A stretch of 64,000 nucleotides of DNA from Malacoraja senta (Eukaryota): the NCBI GenBank assembly GCA_038087875.1, contig JAXLNO010000253.1, forward strand, positions 62,001-126,000, in the 5' to 3' direction. Below are positions 10,990-24,800 of this stretch, in pieces; position 1 is the stretch's first letter, and every line of letters starts with the position of its first letter. The notes under the pieces are model-generated. The model made no database searches. It had not been told where the DNA came from and saw only the letters and a program-made list of their open reading frames with translations. The position numbers were made by a program, and so were the translations under genes.

Positions 10990-13900
10990 GGTCAAGGATG
11001 GAGTTGAAGGGAGAGTAAATGGAGGGTTAATGACCCCAGAATTAACGAGAAAGGAAGCTCACAAAGGGATAGGAGAGTATGGCCAAGTGTAATAGGGATC
11101 GATGTGAAAGGTGAGATGCATCAGGAATTAAAAGTATTGTATTTGAATGCGTGAAGTATAAGAAGTAAAGTAGATGAGCTTGAGGCTCAGTTAGAGGTTG
11201 GTAGATATGACATTGTGGGGATTACTGAGACGTGGCTACAGGAGGATCGGGCCTGGGAACTTAATATTCAGGGTTATACATCCTAAGGAAAGGACAGGCA
11301 GGTGGGCAGAGGAGGGGGGGTAGCTCTGCTGGTGAGGGATGGAATTCAGTCCCTTGCGAGGGAAGACATAGGGACTGACGAGGTAGAGTCACTGTGGATT
11401 GAGTTGAGGAATTGTAAAGGCAAGAAGACACTAATTGGTGTTATTTACAGACCCCCAAATAGTAACCGGGATGTAGGGTATAAGTTGCAGCAGGAGTTAA
11501 AACTGGCATGTAACAAAGGTAATGCCACTGTGGTGATGGGGGATTTCAAATGCAGGTAGACTGGGAAAATCAGGTCGGCTCAGGACCCCAAGAAAGAGAG
11601 TTTGTAGAATGCCTCCGAGATGGACTCTTAGAGCAACTTGTAATGGAGCCGACCAGAGAAAAGGCAATTCTGGATTTAGTGTTGTCCAATGAACCAGATA
11701 TGATAAGAGAACTCGAGGTAAAGGAACCGCTTGGAGGTAGTGATCATAATATGATTAGTTTTAATCTACAATTTGAGAAGGAGAAGGTTAAATCGGAAGT
11801 GGCAGTGATGGTTGAACAAAGGGGACTATGAAGGCATGAGAGGGGAGCTGGCCAAGGTAGACTGGAAAGGGATCCTAGCAGGAATGACGGTGGAACAGCA
11901 ATGGCAGGAATTTCTGGGCATAATCCAGAAGACGCAGGATCATTTCATTCCAAAAAGGAAGAAAGATTCTAAGGGGAGTAGGAGGCAACCGTGGCTGACA
12001 AGAGAAGAGGGATAGAATAAAACTGAAAGAAAAGATGTATAACACAGCAAAGAGTAGCCGGAAGCCAGAGGATTGGGAAACTTTCATAGGACAACAGAAG
12101 GAAACAAAACGGGCAATACAGGCTGAAAAGATGAAGTACGAAGGGCAGCTGGCCAGGAATATAAAGAAGGACAGTAAAAGCTTCTTCAGATATGTTAAGG
12201 GAAAAAGAGTAGCAAAGTCAAATGTGGGTTCCTTGAAGGCAGACATGGGTGAAATTATTATGGGGAACAAGGAAATGGCAGAAGAGTTGAATAGGTACTT
12301 CGGATCTGTCTTCACTAAGGAAGACACAAACAATCTCCCAGATGTACTGGAGGACAAAGGATCTAAGGGGGTAGAGGAACTTAAAGAAATTGTCATTAGG
12401 TGGGATATAGTATTGGGTAGGCTAATGGGACTGAAGGATGATAAATCCCCTGGACCTGATGGTCTGCATCCCAGGGTCCTCAGGGAGGTGGCTCTAGAAA
12501 TAGTGGACGCATTGGTGATCATTTTCCAATGTTCAGTATTCAGGATCAGTTCCTGTGGATTGGAGGATAGCTAATGTTATCCCACTTTTCAAGAAGGGAG
12601 CGAGAGAGAAAACGTGGAATTACAGACCAGTTAGCGTGACTTCGGTGGTGGGAAAGATGCTGGAGTCAATTATTAAAGAGGGAATAATGGGGCATTTGGA
12701 TAGCAGTAAAAGGATTAGTCCAGGTCAACATGGATTTATGAAAGGGAAATCATGCTTGACTAATCTTCTGGAATTGTTTGAGGATGTGACAAGTAAAATG
12801 GATAAAGGGGTGCCAGTGGATGTAGTGTATCTAGAGTTTCAGAAAGCCTTTGATAAGGTCCCACACTGGAGACTGGTGACTAAAATTAGAGCACATGGTA
12901 TTGGGGGTAGGGTGTTGACATGGATAGAAAATTGGTTGGCAGACCGGAAGCAAAGAGTAGGAGTGAACGGGTCCTTTTCAGAATGGCAGGCAGTGGCGAG
13001 TGGAGTGCCGCAAGGCTCGGTGTTGGGGCCGCAACTGTTTACCATATATATTAATGATTTGGAAGGGGGAATTAGGAGCAACACTGGCAAGTTTGCGGAT
13101 GACACAAAGCTGGGTGGCAGTGTGAACTGTGAAGAGGATTTTAGGAGGTTGCAGGGTGACCTGGACAGGTTGAGTGAGTGGGCAGATGTGTGGCAGAGGC
13201 AGTATAATATAGATAAATGTGAGGTTATCCACTTTGGTGGCACAAACAAGGGGGCAGATTATTATCTCAATGGGGTTAGATTAGGTAAGGGGGAGGTACA
13301 GCGAGACCTGGGTGTCCTTGTACACCAGTCACTGAAATTTGGCGTGCAGGTACAGCAGGCAATGAAGAAAGCTAATGGAATGTTGGCCTTCATAACAAGA
13401 GGATTTCAGTATAGGAGTAAAGAGGTTCTTCTGCAGTTGTATAGGGCTCTGGTGAGACCACATCTGGAGTATTGTGTACAGTTTTGGTCTCCTAATTTGA
13501 GGAAGGACATCCTTGTGATTGAGGCAGTGCAGCGTAGGTTCATAAGATTGAACCCTGGGATGGCGGGACTGTCATATGAGGAAAGATTGAAAAGACTAGG
13601 ATTGTATTCACTGGAGTTTAGAAGGATGAGGGGTTATCTTATAGAAACATATAAAATTATGAAAGGACTGGACAAGCTAGATGCAGGAAAAATGTTCCCA
13701 ATGTTGGGCGAGTCCAGAACCGGGGGCCACAGTCTTGGAATAAAGGGGAGGTCATTTAAGACTGAGGTGAGAAAACCCTTTTTCACCCAGAGAGTTGTGA
13801 ATTTGTGGAATTCCCTGCCACAGAGGGCAGTGGAGGCCAAATCACTGGATGGATTTAAGAGAGAGCTAGATAGAGCTCTAGGGGATAGTGGAGTCAAGGG

Positions 13901-14018
13901 ATATGGGGAGAAGGCAGGCACGGGTTATTGATTGGGGACGATCAGCCATGATCACAATGAATGGCGGTGCTGGCTCAAAGGGCCGAATGGCCCCCTGCAC
14001 ATATTTTCTATGTTTCTA
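10990..14018 (+). mobile_element. CR1 LINE with near-complete but frameshifted ORF2 (APE endonuclease plus RT)
   Basis: EN motifs (GITETW, GGGVAL, YRPP, GDF, LDLVL, SDH) at 11130-11830; RT 12555-13931 ([24 protein letters not shown]); tttctatg tail. Confidence 0.95.
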
Positions 14019-14109
14019 TCTTTCTAAATTTCACAACGTGTCAATAGGCAGCAGAGGTGTGAAGGGCAAAGAAAAGATCAACCCATCACAAAACCTTATT
14101 GTATGAAAA

Positions 14110-14997
14110 GACTGGACCATTTCCCACCCCAACCAACACTTCACACCCACTCACAGCCTGACCTCAGTCTGCAAAGACTGGGCCCTTCTACACCCACCAC
14201 TTCACACCCAATTACTCACACCCTCCTTGCTGAACACCATCACTTCATCAACATTATAAATAGAGGAGGTGGAGAGGCTTTTCAGAAGACAGAAATTTCG
14301 GAAATCTCCAGGACCTGACAATGTTTCCCCATCTACTCTCAAGCTCTGTGCCAAACATATACAGACATGTTTAACCAGTCCCTGCAAACATGTACTGTCC
14401 CTGCCTGCTTCAAAGTCTCCACTATTGTCCCTGTACCCAAAAAGGTAGAGTGCTGACATGGATAGAGAAGTGGTTGGCAGACAGGAAACAAAGAGTAGGG
14501 ATTAATGGATCCCTTTCAGAATGGCAGGCAGTGACTAGTGGGGTACCGCAAGGCTCGATGGTGGGACCGCAGCTATTTACAATATACATCAATGATTACT
14601 TGTCTTAATGACTGACCTCTGTAGTCATGAAGACCCTTGAAAGGCTTGTGCTGGCCAAGCTGAAAAATATCACAAACCCCCTGCTGGACCCTCTACAGTT
14701 TGCATATCGGGCCAATAGATCTGTGGATGATGCAGTCAACCTGGGCCTGCACTTCATCCTACAGCACCTAGACCGCCAGGGGATCTATGCGAGGATCCTG
14801 TTTGTTGATTTTAGCTCTGCATTCAACATCATTGTGCCAGAGCTACTACACTCCAAACTTTCCGAGTTGACTGTGCCTGAACCCCTCTGTTGGTGGATCA
14901 CCAGCTTCCTGACACACAGGAAGCAGCATGTGAGGCTGGGAAAGCACATCTCGGACCCGCAAAAGCTCAGTATAGGATCAACGCAAGGCGGCGTACT
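14110..14997 (+). mobile_element. Rex1/Babar LINE RT fragment interrupted by a 154-nt CR1 piece
   Basis: LDPLQFAYRANRSVDDAV...ARILFVDFSSAFN in ORF 14627-15013; KSPGPD motif near 14300. Confidence 0.85.
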
Positions 14998-16547
14998 ATC
15001 CCAGGGTACTTAAGGAAGTGGCTCCATAAATCGTGGATGCATTGGTGATAATGTTCCAATGTTCTATAGACTCAGGATCAGTTCCTGTGGATTGGAGGAT
15101 AGCTAATGTTATCCCACTTTCTAAGAAAGGCGGGAGTGAGAAAACAGAGAATTATAGACCAGCTAGCCTGACATCGGTGGTGGGGAAGATGCTTGAGTCA
15201 ATTATAAAAGATGAAATAGCCGAACATTTGGATAGCAGTAACAGGATCGGTCCCAGTCAGCATGGATTTACCAAGAGGAAATGATGCTTGACTAATCCTC
15301 TGGAATTTTTTGAAGATGTAACTTGGAAAATGGGCAAGGGAGAGCCAATGGATATAGTGTACCTGGACTTTCAGAAAGCATTTGATAAGGTCCCACATAG
15401 GAGATTAGTGGACAAAATTAGGGCCCATGGTATTGGGGGTAGAGTGCTGACATGGATAGAGAAGTGGTTGGCAGACAGGAAACAAAGAGTAGGGATTAAT
15501 GGATCCCTTTCAGAATGGCAGGCAGTGACTAGTGGGGTACCGCAAGGCTCGATGGTGGGACCGCAGCTATTTACAATATAAATCAATGATTTGGATGAAG
15601 GGATTCAAAGTAACATTAGCAAATTTGCAGATGACACAAAGCTGGGTGGCAGTATGAACTGTGAGGAGGATCCTATGAGAATGCAGGGTGACTTGGACAG
15701 GTTGGGGGAGTGGCAGATGCATGGCAGATGACGTTTAATGCAGATAAATGTGAGGTTATCCACTTTGGTAGCAAAAACAGGATAGTAGATTACTATCTAA
15801 ATGGCGTCAGGTTGGGAAAAGGGGAAGGACAACGGGATCTGGGGGGTCCTTGTTCATCAGTCTATGAAAGTAAGCATGCAGGTACAGCAGGCAGTGAAGA
15901 AAGCGAATGGCATGTTGGCCTTTATAACAAGAGGAATCGAATATAGGAGCAGAGAGGTCCTTCTGCAGTTGTACAGAGCCCTAGTGAGACCACACCTGGA
16001 GTATTGTGTGCAGTTTTGGTCCCCTAATTTGAGGAAGGACATTCTTGCTATTGAGGGAGTGCAGCGTCAGTTTACAAGGTTAATTCCCGGGATGGCGGGA
16101 CTGTCATATGCTGAGAGAATGGAGCAGCTGGGCTTGTACACTCTGGAGTTTAGAAGGATGAGAGGGATTCTCATTGAAACATATAAGATTGTTAAGGGTT
16201 TGGACACGCTAGAGGCAGGAAACATGTTCCCGATGTTGGGGATGTCCAGAACCAGGGGCTACAGTTTAAGAATAAGGAGTAAGCCATTTAGAACGGAGAT
16301 GAGGAAACACTTTTTCGCACAGAGAGTTGTGAATCTGTGGAATTCTCTGCCTCAGAGGGTGGTTGAGGTAGGTTCTCTGGATGCTTTCAAGTGAGAGCTA
16401 GATAGGGCTCTTGAAAATAGCGGAGTCAGGGGAAATGGGGAGAAGGCAGGAACGGGATACTGATTGGGGATGATTAGCCATGATCACATTGAATGGTGGT
16501 GCTGGCTCGAAGGGCCGAATGGCCTACTCCTGCACCTATTGTCTATT
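14998..16547 (+). mobile_element. CR1 LINE, 5'-truncated, degenerate
   Basis: RT fragments in ORFs 15033, 15288 and 15801; ctattgtctattg tail. Confidence 0.95.
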
Positions 16548-17889
16548 GACTGAGATCACCTGGAAATCTCTTTGCATCCTCTTTGCTTCTCCTAATTGCT
16601 CTCAGTTTCATGTCGTAAAACTTAGAAATATTAAATTTTCTTACTTGTCAAAATCATTAATGTACATTGAAAATAACAGGCTCAAGCAATGGTTTCAATG
16701 ATGGCTCATTAGTCACCATGTGCCACCCAAAAGAAGTCTCGGTTCCGAGCCTGCTAAAGAATTTTCAATCCATCCCAGTTGAACATTGCCAAATCCACAT
16801 ATTTTAATATTCCTTGTTGATCTTTTATGCATGGTTTTATCAAAGACCTACTGAAAATTCAACACATCCACTTCTTCTCCCTGAAGCAAAAAAACAAAAC
16901 AAGTTCCTGGAGGAACTCAGCGGCTCAGGCAGCATCTGTGGAGGGAAATGATTCATCCAACAATTTCTTTTTTTTAAAGAACAAAACATCATTTTGAAAA
17001 CAGAAACAACAAACAAGGTTATATATTGAAATCTTTTCATACAGCAGGTAGGAAACAGGAAATTTGAAATGTGGGAAAGAATAAAATGCATTTGAATAGT
17101 CAAGAGAAACAACGCTATTTTAGATTTTAATCAGTCGGATGTAGCAAAAATACTGAAATTTGTTCCCTTTTTAGTGAAGACACCATCATTGTAATAGGAG
17201 AACACATTTCACAATAACATTTGAAGTAGTACATCAGTTTTGCAAACTACATTTCAATCATTTAATCCCGTTCATTTAATCCACTATTACCAATGAAGAA
17301 TAATGTCTGAAGTTTACTGACCTTCTGCAGAGGAACGTGTGGAATTCTGGAGAAGCAGCAACGTGGCTTTGAGCCCAGCACAGGACAAGCTGAGGTTCCC
17401 TCACACTGCACAGTAACTGACACTGCCTCTTGTCAAACTAAATGACACTCCCCCTCCAGCTCAGGGTTCTGGCACCACTGGTGTTGATACAAATGGGTTC
17501 AGATATAGAATTATACCACAAATAAAGATTCCACCTGGAATCGAACTTGCACCTTTGCGATTTTGAACATTTCGAATGGATCTCAAATGGGAGAGCTCCA
17601 TGTGCTTTGCTGCATACTGCTGGGCTTGATGTTCCACGAGTACATGCAATCCAGGGAGGTCCTGCCATTTCATGATGAAAAAACCTCCATAGAGGGTTGT
17701 GTTCATTAAACATGCTGGCAATTCCATTGCACCCATTAGGATAAACTGAACCATTCCCGGAGAGAGGATTGGCCCTGGTGAAAGGAGAAAAAACATACTG
17801 TTTCCTCACTTGCCTCTTCATGGGAAGGAGCCCACAGATTTTACCATGGGAAGCTTTCACTGTCCTAATGAATGGCCACCATTATTGGT

Positions 17890-18240
17890 CAGCTGAACAA
17901 AATCTCGAATGACATTAAAAGAAGAGTACAGAGTGTACACTGGGTGTGGACCTCAGCATCCATCATTGGGAGTGGCTTGGTCACAGGACCACTCACTGAG
18001 ATGGCTGAACCCTGAAGGATGTGTCTGCCAGGCTCTTTCTACAGCAGGTAGAGAATGAGCCAACACAAGGGATTGGCCTACTTGACCTCCTCCTCTCCTG
18101 TCCACCTGCAACAGGTGAATCTGTTGACCATGGCTTTGGCAGAAATCAGAAGACCATTGCACAGTTCTCATTGAGGACAATGTTTTGTCATTACACCAAA
18201 GTCATCCCATATTGCTCTGACTGGCACAACAGTTTTTGAT
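17890..18240 (+). mobile_element. Ancient LINE endonuclease remnant
   Basis: LQQVENEPTQGIGLLDLLLS resembles the Q.V.EPTR...LDL motif of APE endonucleases. Confidence 0.4.
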
Positions 18241-18375
18241 GTCATCTTCCCAAAGGAGCTGCAGAGGTTGAGACATTGACTATGTTCAAGGAAGAGGATG
18301 ATTGACTATAAACTCAACAGAAGTCAGGAGACGTGGGGAAAGTGGGAAGGTGGTGTTGAGACCAATATTGGATCA

Positions 18376-19270
18376 GTCTCCAAATCTGAGGAAGGACATT
18401 ATAGCCATAGAGGGAGTGCAGAGAAGGTTCACCAGACTGATTCCTGGGATGTCAGGACTTTCATATGAAGAAAGACTGGATAGACTTGGCTTATACTCGC
18501 TAGAATTTAGGAGATTGAGAGGGGATCTTATAGAAACGTACAAAATTCTTATGGGGTTGGACAGGCTAGATGCAGGAAGATTGTTCCCGATGTTGGGGAA
18601 GTCCAGGACAAGGTCAATGAAGAGTCAGTGAAGTACGAAGTGGAAAGTATCAATGTCCCAACAGGAACACTTTAATTCCTCACAGATAATGACATCATCC
18701 AATCATAGAATTGTGGAATGGTTGCAGCACAGCAGGTGGCCATTTGACCCATCATATCCATGCTAACTCTCATCCAGTGCAACTCGCTAATTCAACCCCT
18801 CTCCTTTTGCCATTACATTGCAGCTTTTTCATCACTATATATTTGTCCAATTCTCTCTGGAAAGCCACGATAGAACCCAGCTCCCCAACTGATGCAGATA
18901 GTACACTTCAGACTCCAACTATCTGCTGCCCTAAAAGATTTTCCTCAAGTCATTCTAAAATGTTTCCCCTTTATTTTAAACCTATAACTTTTTGTGCTCA
19001 GCCTTTCCACCGAGATGAGAAAAACATTTTTTTTTCACAGAGGGTGGTGAATCTGTGGAATTCTCTGCCACAGAAGGTAGTTGACGCCAGTTCATTGGCT
19101 ATATTTAAGAGGGAGTTAGATGTGGCCCTTGTGGCTAAAGGGATCAGGGGGTATGGAGAGAAGGCAGGTACGGGATACTGAGTTGGATGATCAGCCATGA
19201 TCATATTGAATGGCGGTGCAGGCTCGAAGGGCCGAATGGCCTACTCCTGCACCTATTTTCTATGTATCTA
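18376..19270 (+). mobile_element. CR1 3' fragment split by a ~395-nt non-CR1 insert
   Basis: CR1 sequence at 18376-18613 and 19008-19270. The intervening sequence is duplicated at 39079-39473. Confidence 0.85.
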
Positions 19271-19498
19271 TGTATCTAGCTGTATGGGCCTGAAAAATTG
19301 TGCTCCCTCAGACTTTATTCCTTGGAGTGCAGGAGGCTGAGATAGTTGAATTATTGAGGGGAATAGATAGGCTGAATGAAAAGAGCCTTTTACCCAGTGT
19401 GGGGGTATCAAGAACCAGAGGGCACGGGTTTGAGGTGAGATGATAAGGTTTAATATGAACACGAAGGGCATCCTTTACATTCAAAGGATAAAGGATTA

Positions 19499-20120
19499 AA
19501 ACAAGAGGAGTTGAGTATAGAAGCAAAGAGGTCCTTCTGCAGTTGTACAGGGCCCTAGTGAAACCACACCTGGAGCATTGTGTGCAGTTTTGGTCCCCTA
19601 ATTTGAGGAAGGACATTCTTGCTATTGAGGGAGTGCAGCACAGGTTTACAAGGTTAATTCCCGGGATGGCGGGACTGTCATATGCTGAGAGAATGGAGCG
19701 GCTGGGCTTGTATACTCTGGAGTTTAGAAAGATGACAGGGGATCATATTGACACATATAAGATTATTAAGGGTTTGGACACGCTAGAGGCAGGAAACATG
19801 TTCCTGATGTTGGGAGAGTCCAGAACCAGGGACCACAGTTTAAGAATAAGGGGCAAGCCATTTAGAACGGATATGAGGAAAAACTTTTTCACACAGCGGG
19901 TTGTGAATATGTAGAATTCTCTGCCTCAGAGGGTTGTGGTGGCCGGTTTGCTGGGTGCTTTCAAGAGAGAGCTAGATAGGGCTCTTGAAGATAGTAGAGT
20001 CAGGGGATATGGGGAGAAGGCAGGAACGGGGTACTGATTGTGGATGATCAGCCATGATCACATTGAATGGCGGTGCTGGCTTGAAGGGCCGTATGGCCTA
20101 CTCCTGCACCTATTGTCTAT
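19499..20120 (+). mobile_element. CR1 LINE 3' fragment
   Basis: ORF 19543-19914 is a CR1 C-terminus; ctattgtctat tail. Confidence 0.9.
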
Positions 20121-20309
20121 AAAGGGTAGTAGGTATATGTGATGAGCTGCCAGAGGAGGTAGTTGAAGCAAGTACTAACATTTCAATTAAAAGACACTTG
20201 AACAGGTTCATGGAAAGGAAAGGTTTAGAGGGATATGGGGCAAATGGAACTAAGTTTGATGAAGAAACTAGGTCAGCATTGACGAGTTGCAGCTGTTTCT
20301 GTGCTGTAG

Positions 20310-21131
20310 ATGGCGGATGTGCAGGAGTGGGCGCCGTTTGTATGGCTGCCTGCCTGCCCGCAGTCCGTCCTCTAACTTTTTTATTGTCTGAAACATTTTT
20401 TTTTGGAGTCTATTCTTTCTATGTGGGGGGGGGGGACTGTTTTAATCCCAGTCCTACCTGGTCGGAGATGTGGTTTTCCTCCGGATCGCATCTTCGGTCT
20501 CCCCATGCGGCCTTCCATCGGGTTGGAGCGGCGCTTCCTGCCGGGACCACAGCTTTGGCGGCACAGCGCTGGGACACCAACACAGAGTGGGCGATGCCTT
20601 GCCGGGTCGCCGCTCCAGAGTGCTGTGACCGCCGACCACCAACATCGAGCAGCCGCGGGCTGCGGTCTGTGGTCTGCAGTTTGAGGGCGTCCCGCCATGG
20701 GCGGGCGGCGCTGGATCAAAAACACCGCGGAGTCGAAGCTCCAACCGGCTCGGCCTGAAGTCGACGGGCGTCGCAGTCTGCGGGGAAGGAGCGGCCGTTC
20801 CAGACATTTGTAAGCTGCTGAGGACTTCTCCACCCGATGCGGGTGGGGCCTATGAACATCGGGCTGCCGTTGCGGCGACTGGCTGCAGTGGCCTCAAGCT
20901 GGCCCCAACCTCGGGTGGACTAGGAGGAGGAGGAGGAGGACTAGACATTTTGGTGCCTTCCCTCACAGTGGAGAGTGTAGATTCTACTGTGGGGGGATGT
21001 TCGTGTTGAATTTCTTGTAGTGTGTTGTGTCGTTTTTTTTCTGCCTATTCTGTTTTTTTCTTTCTTGTAAAGCACCTTGAATTGCTGTTTGCACGAATGG
21101 TGCTATATAAATAAATTTACCTTACCTTACC
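20310..21131 (+). mobile_element. GC/CpG-rich non-autonomous retroelement with L2-type 3' end
   Basis: Sharp GC-rich block ending in tgtaaagcaccttg...gctatataaataaa(ttacc)n. Flanked by ctgta on both sides, inside a CR1/SINE tail. Confidence 0.55.
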
Positions 21132-21809
21132 TGTATGACACTGTGGTTCCATGACTCTGACTAAGTCCTGATAGCTGTGTGAGAGCATCTTCACCAAAAG
21201 TATTGCAGAACTTCAAGAAGGCAGCTCACCACCATCTTCTCCAAGGCAGTTAGGGATGGATAATAAATATTGACTTTGATGCTGATATCAGTAAAAACTA
21301 ATTGGAATAAATCTTCTCCTTTGCACCATACTGTAGATTATCTGCCACAATTTATCCCAATCACTGACAAACACAGATACTTGAGCTTCTCTGTCTTTTA
21401 GTTACTATCCTTTTTTTTTTTTTTTTTAATTTGTATTTTATTAGAAGTACATTACATTACAACCACATACATTAGTACTCGTCATTTATATCTTCTTACA
21501 ATTAATGTACTCCATTTATTTTTTACACTAGAAAAGGAAAAGATTGAAAGAAAGACGAAAGTGAAGGAAAAAGTGAAAGTGTAGGAAATGTGACAACAAA
21601 AAAGGACGAAGACCCTATAAGAGCAAAATTAAAAACAAAAGAAAAAGAGTTAAGAAATAGACCCTAGGAAAGAAAGAAAGAGAGAAAGAGGAAAAAGAGA
21701 GAAACAAATATTTTTATGAGCATTATGTAAATGGGACATAGCAGCTCTTCAACTATCATCCCCCCTTACCTGACCTCAATTTTTTTTTTTTTTAAAGTAC
21801 TTTTGCACC

Positions 21810-24800
21810 CTATGTTTGTAATAATTCTATAAATGCAGACCACGTCAGGTGGAAGTGATCTGGTTTACCTGCTAGGAGGATTCTTATCTCTTCTAGGTGT
21901 AATGTTTCAAACATATTTGAAATCCACATATTTATAGTTGGTATTGGAGCCTTCTTCCAAAATTTTAGAATTAGCTTTTTTCAAGTTATTAACCCATAGT
22001 CCATTAGTTTCTTTTGAAACACATTTAGATCTGGACCATCTTCTGTTATACCGAAGATAATCCATTCTGCTTTGGGTATCAGTCTTGTTTTAAATAACTT
22101 TGTAAAGATTTCAAAAATTTCATTCCAAAATTTTTGAATTTTTGTACAAGAAACGAATGAGTGCGTTATGGTAGCTTCTTGGGATTGACATTTATCACAA
22201 ATAGATGATACATTTGGGAAAATTTTATGATTTTTAGTTTTCGAATAATATAATCTATGTAAAATTTTAAATTGTATTAAAGTGTGTCTTACATTAATCG
22301 AGCATTTATGCACGTTTAATAAGTATTCATTCCAACTTTCCTTTGAAATTTTAATAGCTAACTCTTGTTCCCAGTCTCTTCTGATACCCTCCATAGATGG
22401 TATTTGTGCATTTAAGATAATATTATACAAATATGATATTAAGTTTGCTGATTCCGCTTTTATCTGCATTGCCTCGTCCAGTACATCTGCTGGGTTATTA
22501 TGATGATCTTTTGTATATTTTTTCAAATAGTCGCATATTTGAAAGTATTTAAAATATTGATTATTTCCGAGTTTATATTTTATTTGTAATTGTTGAAATG
22601 AAAGTAATTTTCCAGTTTCATAAAAGTCACCAAGCGTTTTAATTCCTAATCTATCCCATTGTGTATAAGCTTTATCTATAATAGAAGGATTAAACGAAGG
22701 GTTATTGACTATAGGTAATAAAAGTGATACATTTCTTAATTTTAAATTTAGTTTTATTTGTTTCCAAATTCGGATTGTACTATGAATAATTGGGTTCTTA
22801 TTATAATTTATGTTATTCAATTTCATTGGAGAGAGGAGGATCGCTCCAATGTTTCTAGAGGAGCAATCCTCTTTCTCCATTACAATCCAGTCCGCTTGCT
22901 GGGCAGAGTTATCCATCAGTTGAATCATATTTTTAATATTTACTGACCAATAATAATACATAAAATTAGGTAGTGCTAAACCCCCTAATACTTTAGGTTT
23001 ATTCAGATGAGCTTTTTGTATTCTATGTGATTTATAGTCCCATATAAAATTAGTGATATCTGAGTCGAGTTTTTTAAAAAACTTCTTTGGTAAGTATATA
23101 GGAATTGATTGAAATAGGTATAAAATTTGTGGTAAAAAGATCATTTTTATTGCGTTTATTCGGCCTATTAAAGACATCGGGAGCGTTTTCCAGAATTTAA
23201 TTAGTGTGTTTAATTTATTAAGTAAGGGGTCAAAATTTGCCCTAAACATACCTTGATATGATCTGGTAATTTCGATTCCCAAATATTTAAATTTTTCTGT
23301 AGCTATTTTAAAAGGGAATTTTAAAAGATGTGTTGAATCTTTCGGTTTTATTGACATAATTTCACTTTTATTCCAATTTATTCTGTATCCAGAAAAAGAT
23401 CCAAAATCTTCAATTAAATTTAATATATTTGGTATAGTGATTTGAGGTTTTGTAATGTACAGTAATATATCATCCGCGTATAAAGATATTTTATTATATG
23501 AATCTTTAGTATTATATCCATGGATATCAGGGTGTATTCTAATTTTTTCTGCTAGCGGTTCAATAATGAGAGCAAACAGTTGTGGTGATAATGAGCATCC
23601 TTGTCTATTTCCCCTTGATAGTTGGAATTTCGAGGATAATATGTTATTAGTTAGTATTCTAGCTGTAGGTTTGTTATATAGTAACTTGATCCATAGAATA
23701 AAATTCTCCCCCAGTTGAAATTTTTGTAATACTTTGTCCATATAATTCCATTCTACTTGATCAAATGCTTTTTCAGCATCCAGCAAAATAATTGATAATT
23801 CTTGATCTTCAGATTTGTGTGAGTGCATTATGTTGAGTAGACGTCTCATATTGTTGGATGAGTATCTCTTAGGGATAAACCCCGTTTGATCTGGGTTTAT
23901 TAATTTACTAATGTATTTACTTAATCTTCTAGCTAATGTTTTCGCTAATATTTTTTGATCTGTGTTTAACAATGCTATAGCTCTATATGACCCAGGTTCT
24001 TCTAAGTCTTTATTTTTCTTAGGTATTAATGTAATCGTTGATTCCGCTAATGTATCAGGTAGTATTCGTTTTTTAAAAGCATATTGGTACATTTTTTGTA
24101 ATCTTGGTAATATTTTATCGTAAAAGCTTTTATAAAATTCATTAGTAAATCCGTCAGGGCCTGGTGTTTTTCCATTCTTTAGTGAGTTTATTGTATCTTC
24201 TAATTCCTTAATTGAGATTTGTGCACCCAGTTCCTCTTGTTCCTTCAGTTCTAACTTTGGAAGATTACAGGTATCCAAGAACTTTGTGATATTATTGGAA
24301 TCAATTGTCGCTTTAGATGTATACAAATTCTCATAAAATTGTGGAAATCTTTTATTAATATCCTTTGGTGTTGTTAATAATTCCCCTTTATCTGATTTGA
24401 TCTTTGGTATAGTATGTTCCTTTTCTCGTTTTTTTAGCTGGCGAGCCAAAAGTTTATGCGGTTTATCCCCAAATTCAAAGTGCTCTTGTTTTGTAATTTG
24501 AAAAAGTCATAAGTTTGGCAGATAATAATTTATTTAATTTAAATTTCAAAATTATTATTTTATTATGTTTATCTATTGATGGATCTTTAGCATTATCTAT
24601 ATCCATTTGTCTAATAAGTTCTTCTAACTGTCTTTGTTCATTCTTATTCTTTTTATTTTGAAAAGCTTGATATGAAATTATAATACCCCTAATGTATGCT
24701 TTAAAAGATTCCCATAATACAGTAGGCGATATATCTGAAGTATCATTTATTTGAAAAAAGACCTCCATTTGTTCTTTTAAATATATACTCGCTTGTGGAT

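Noticed and set aside
18711..19181. 156-aa ORF duplicated at 39176-39646
   Set aside because: Non-ATG start and chance fusion of unique sequence to a CR1 tail; the identity reflects recent DNA duplication.
20198..20833. Several overlapping 90-190 aa ORFs
   Set aside because: Expected in GC-rich sequence; no recognisable domain; lies within a probable retroposed element.
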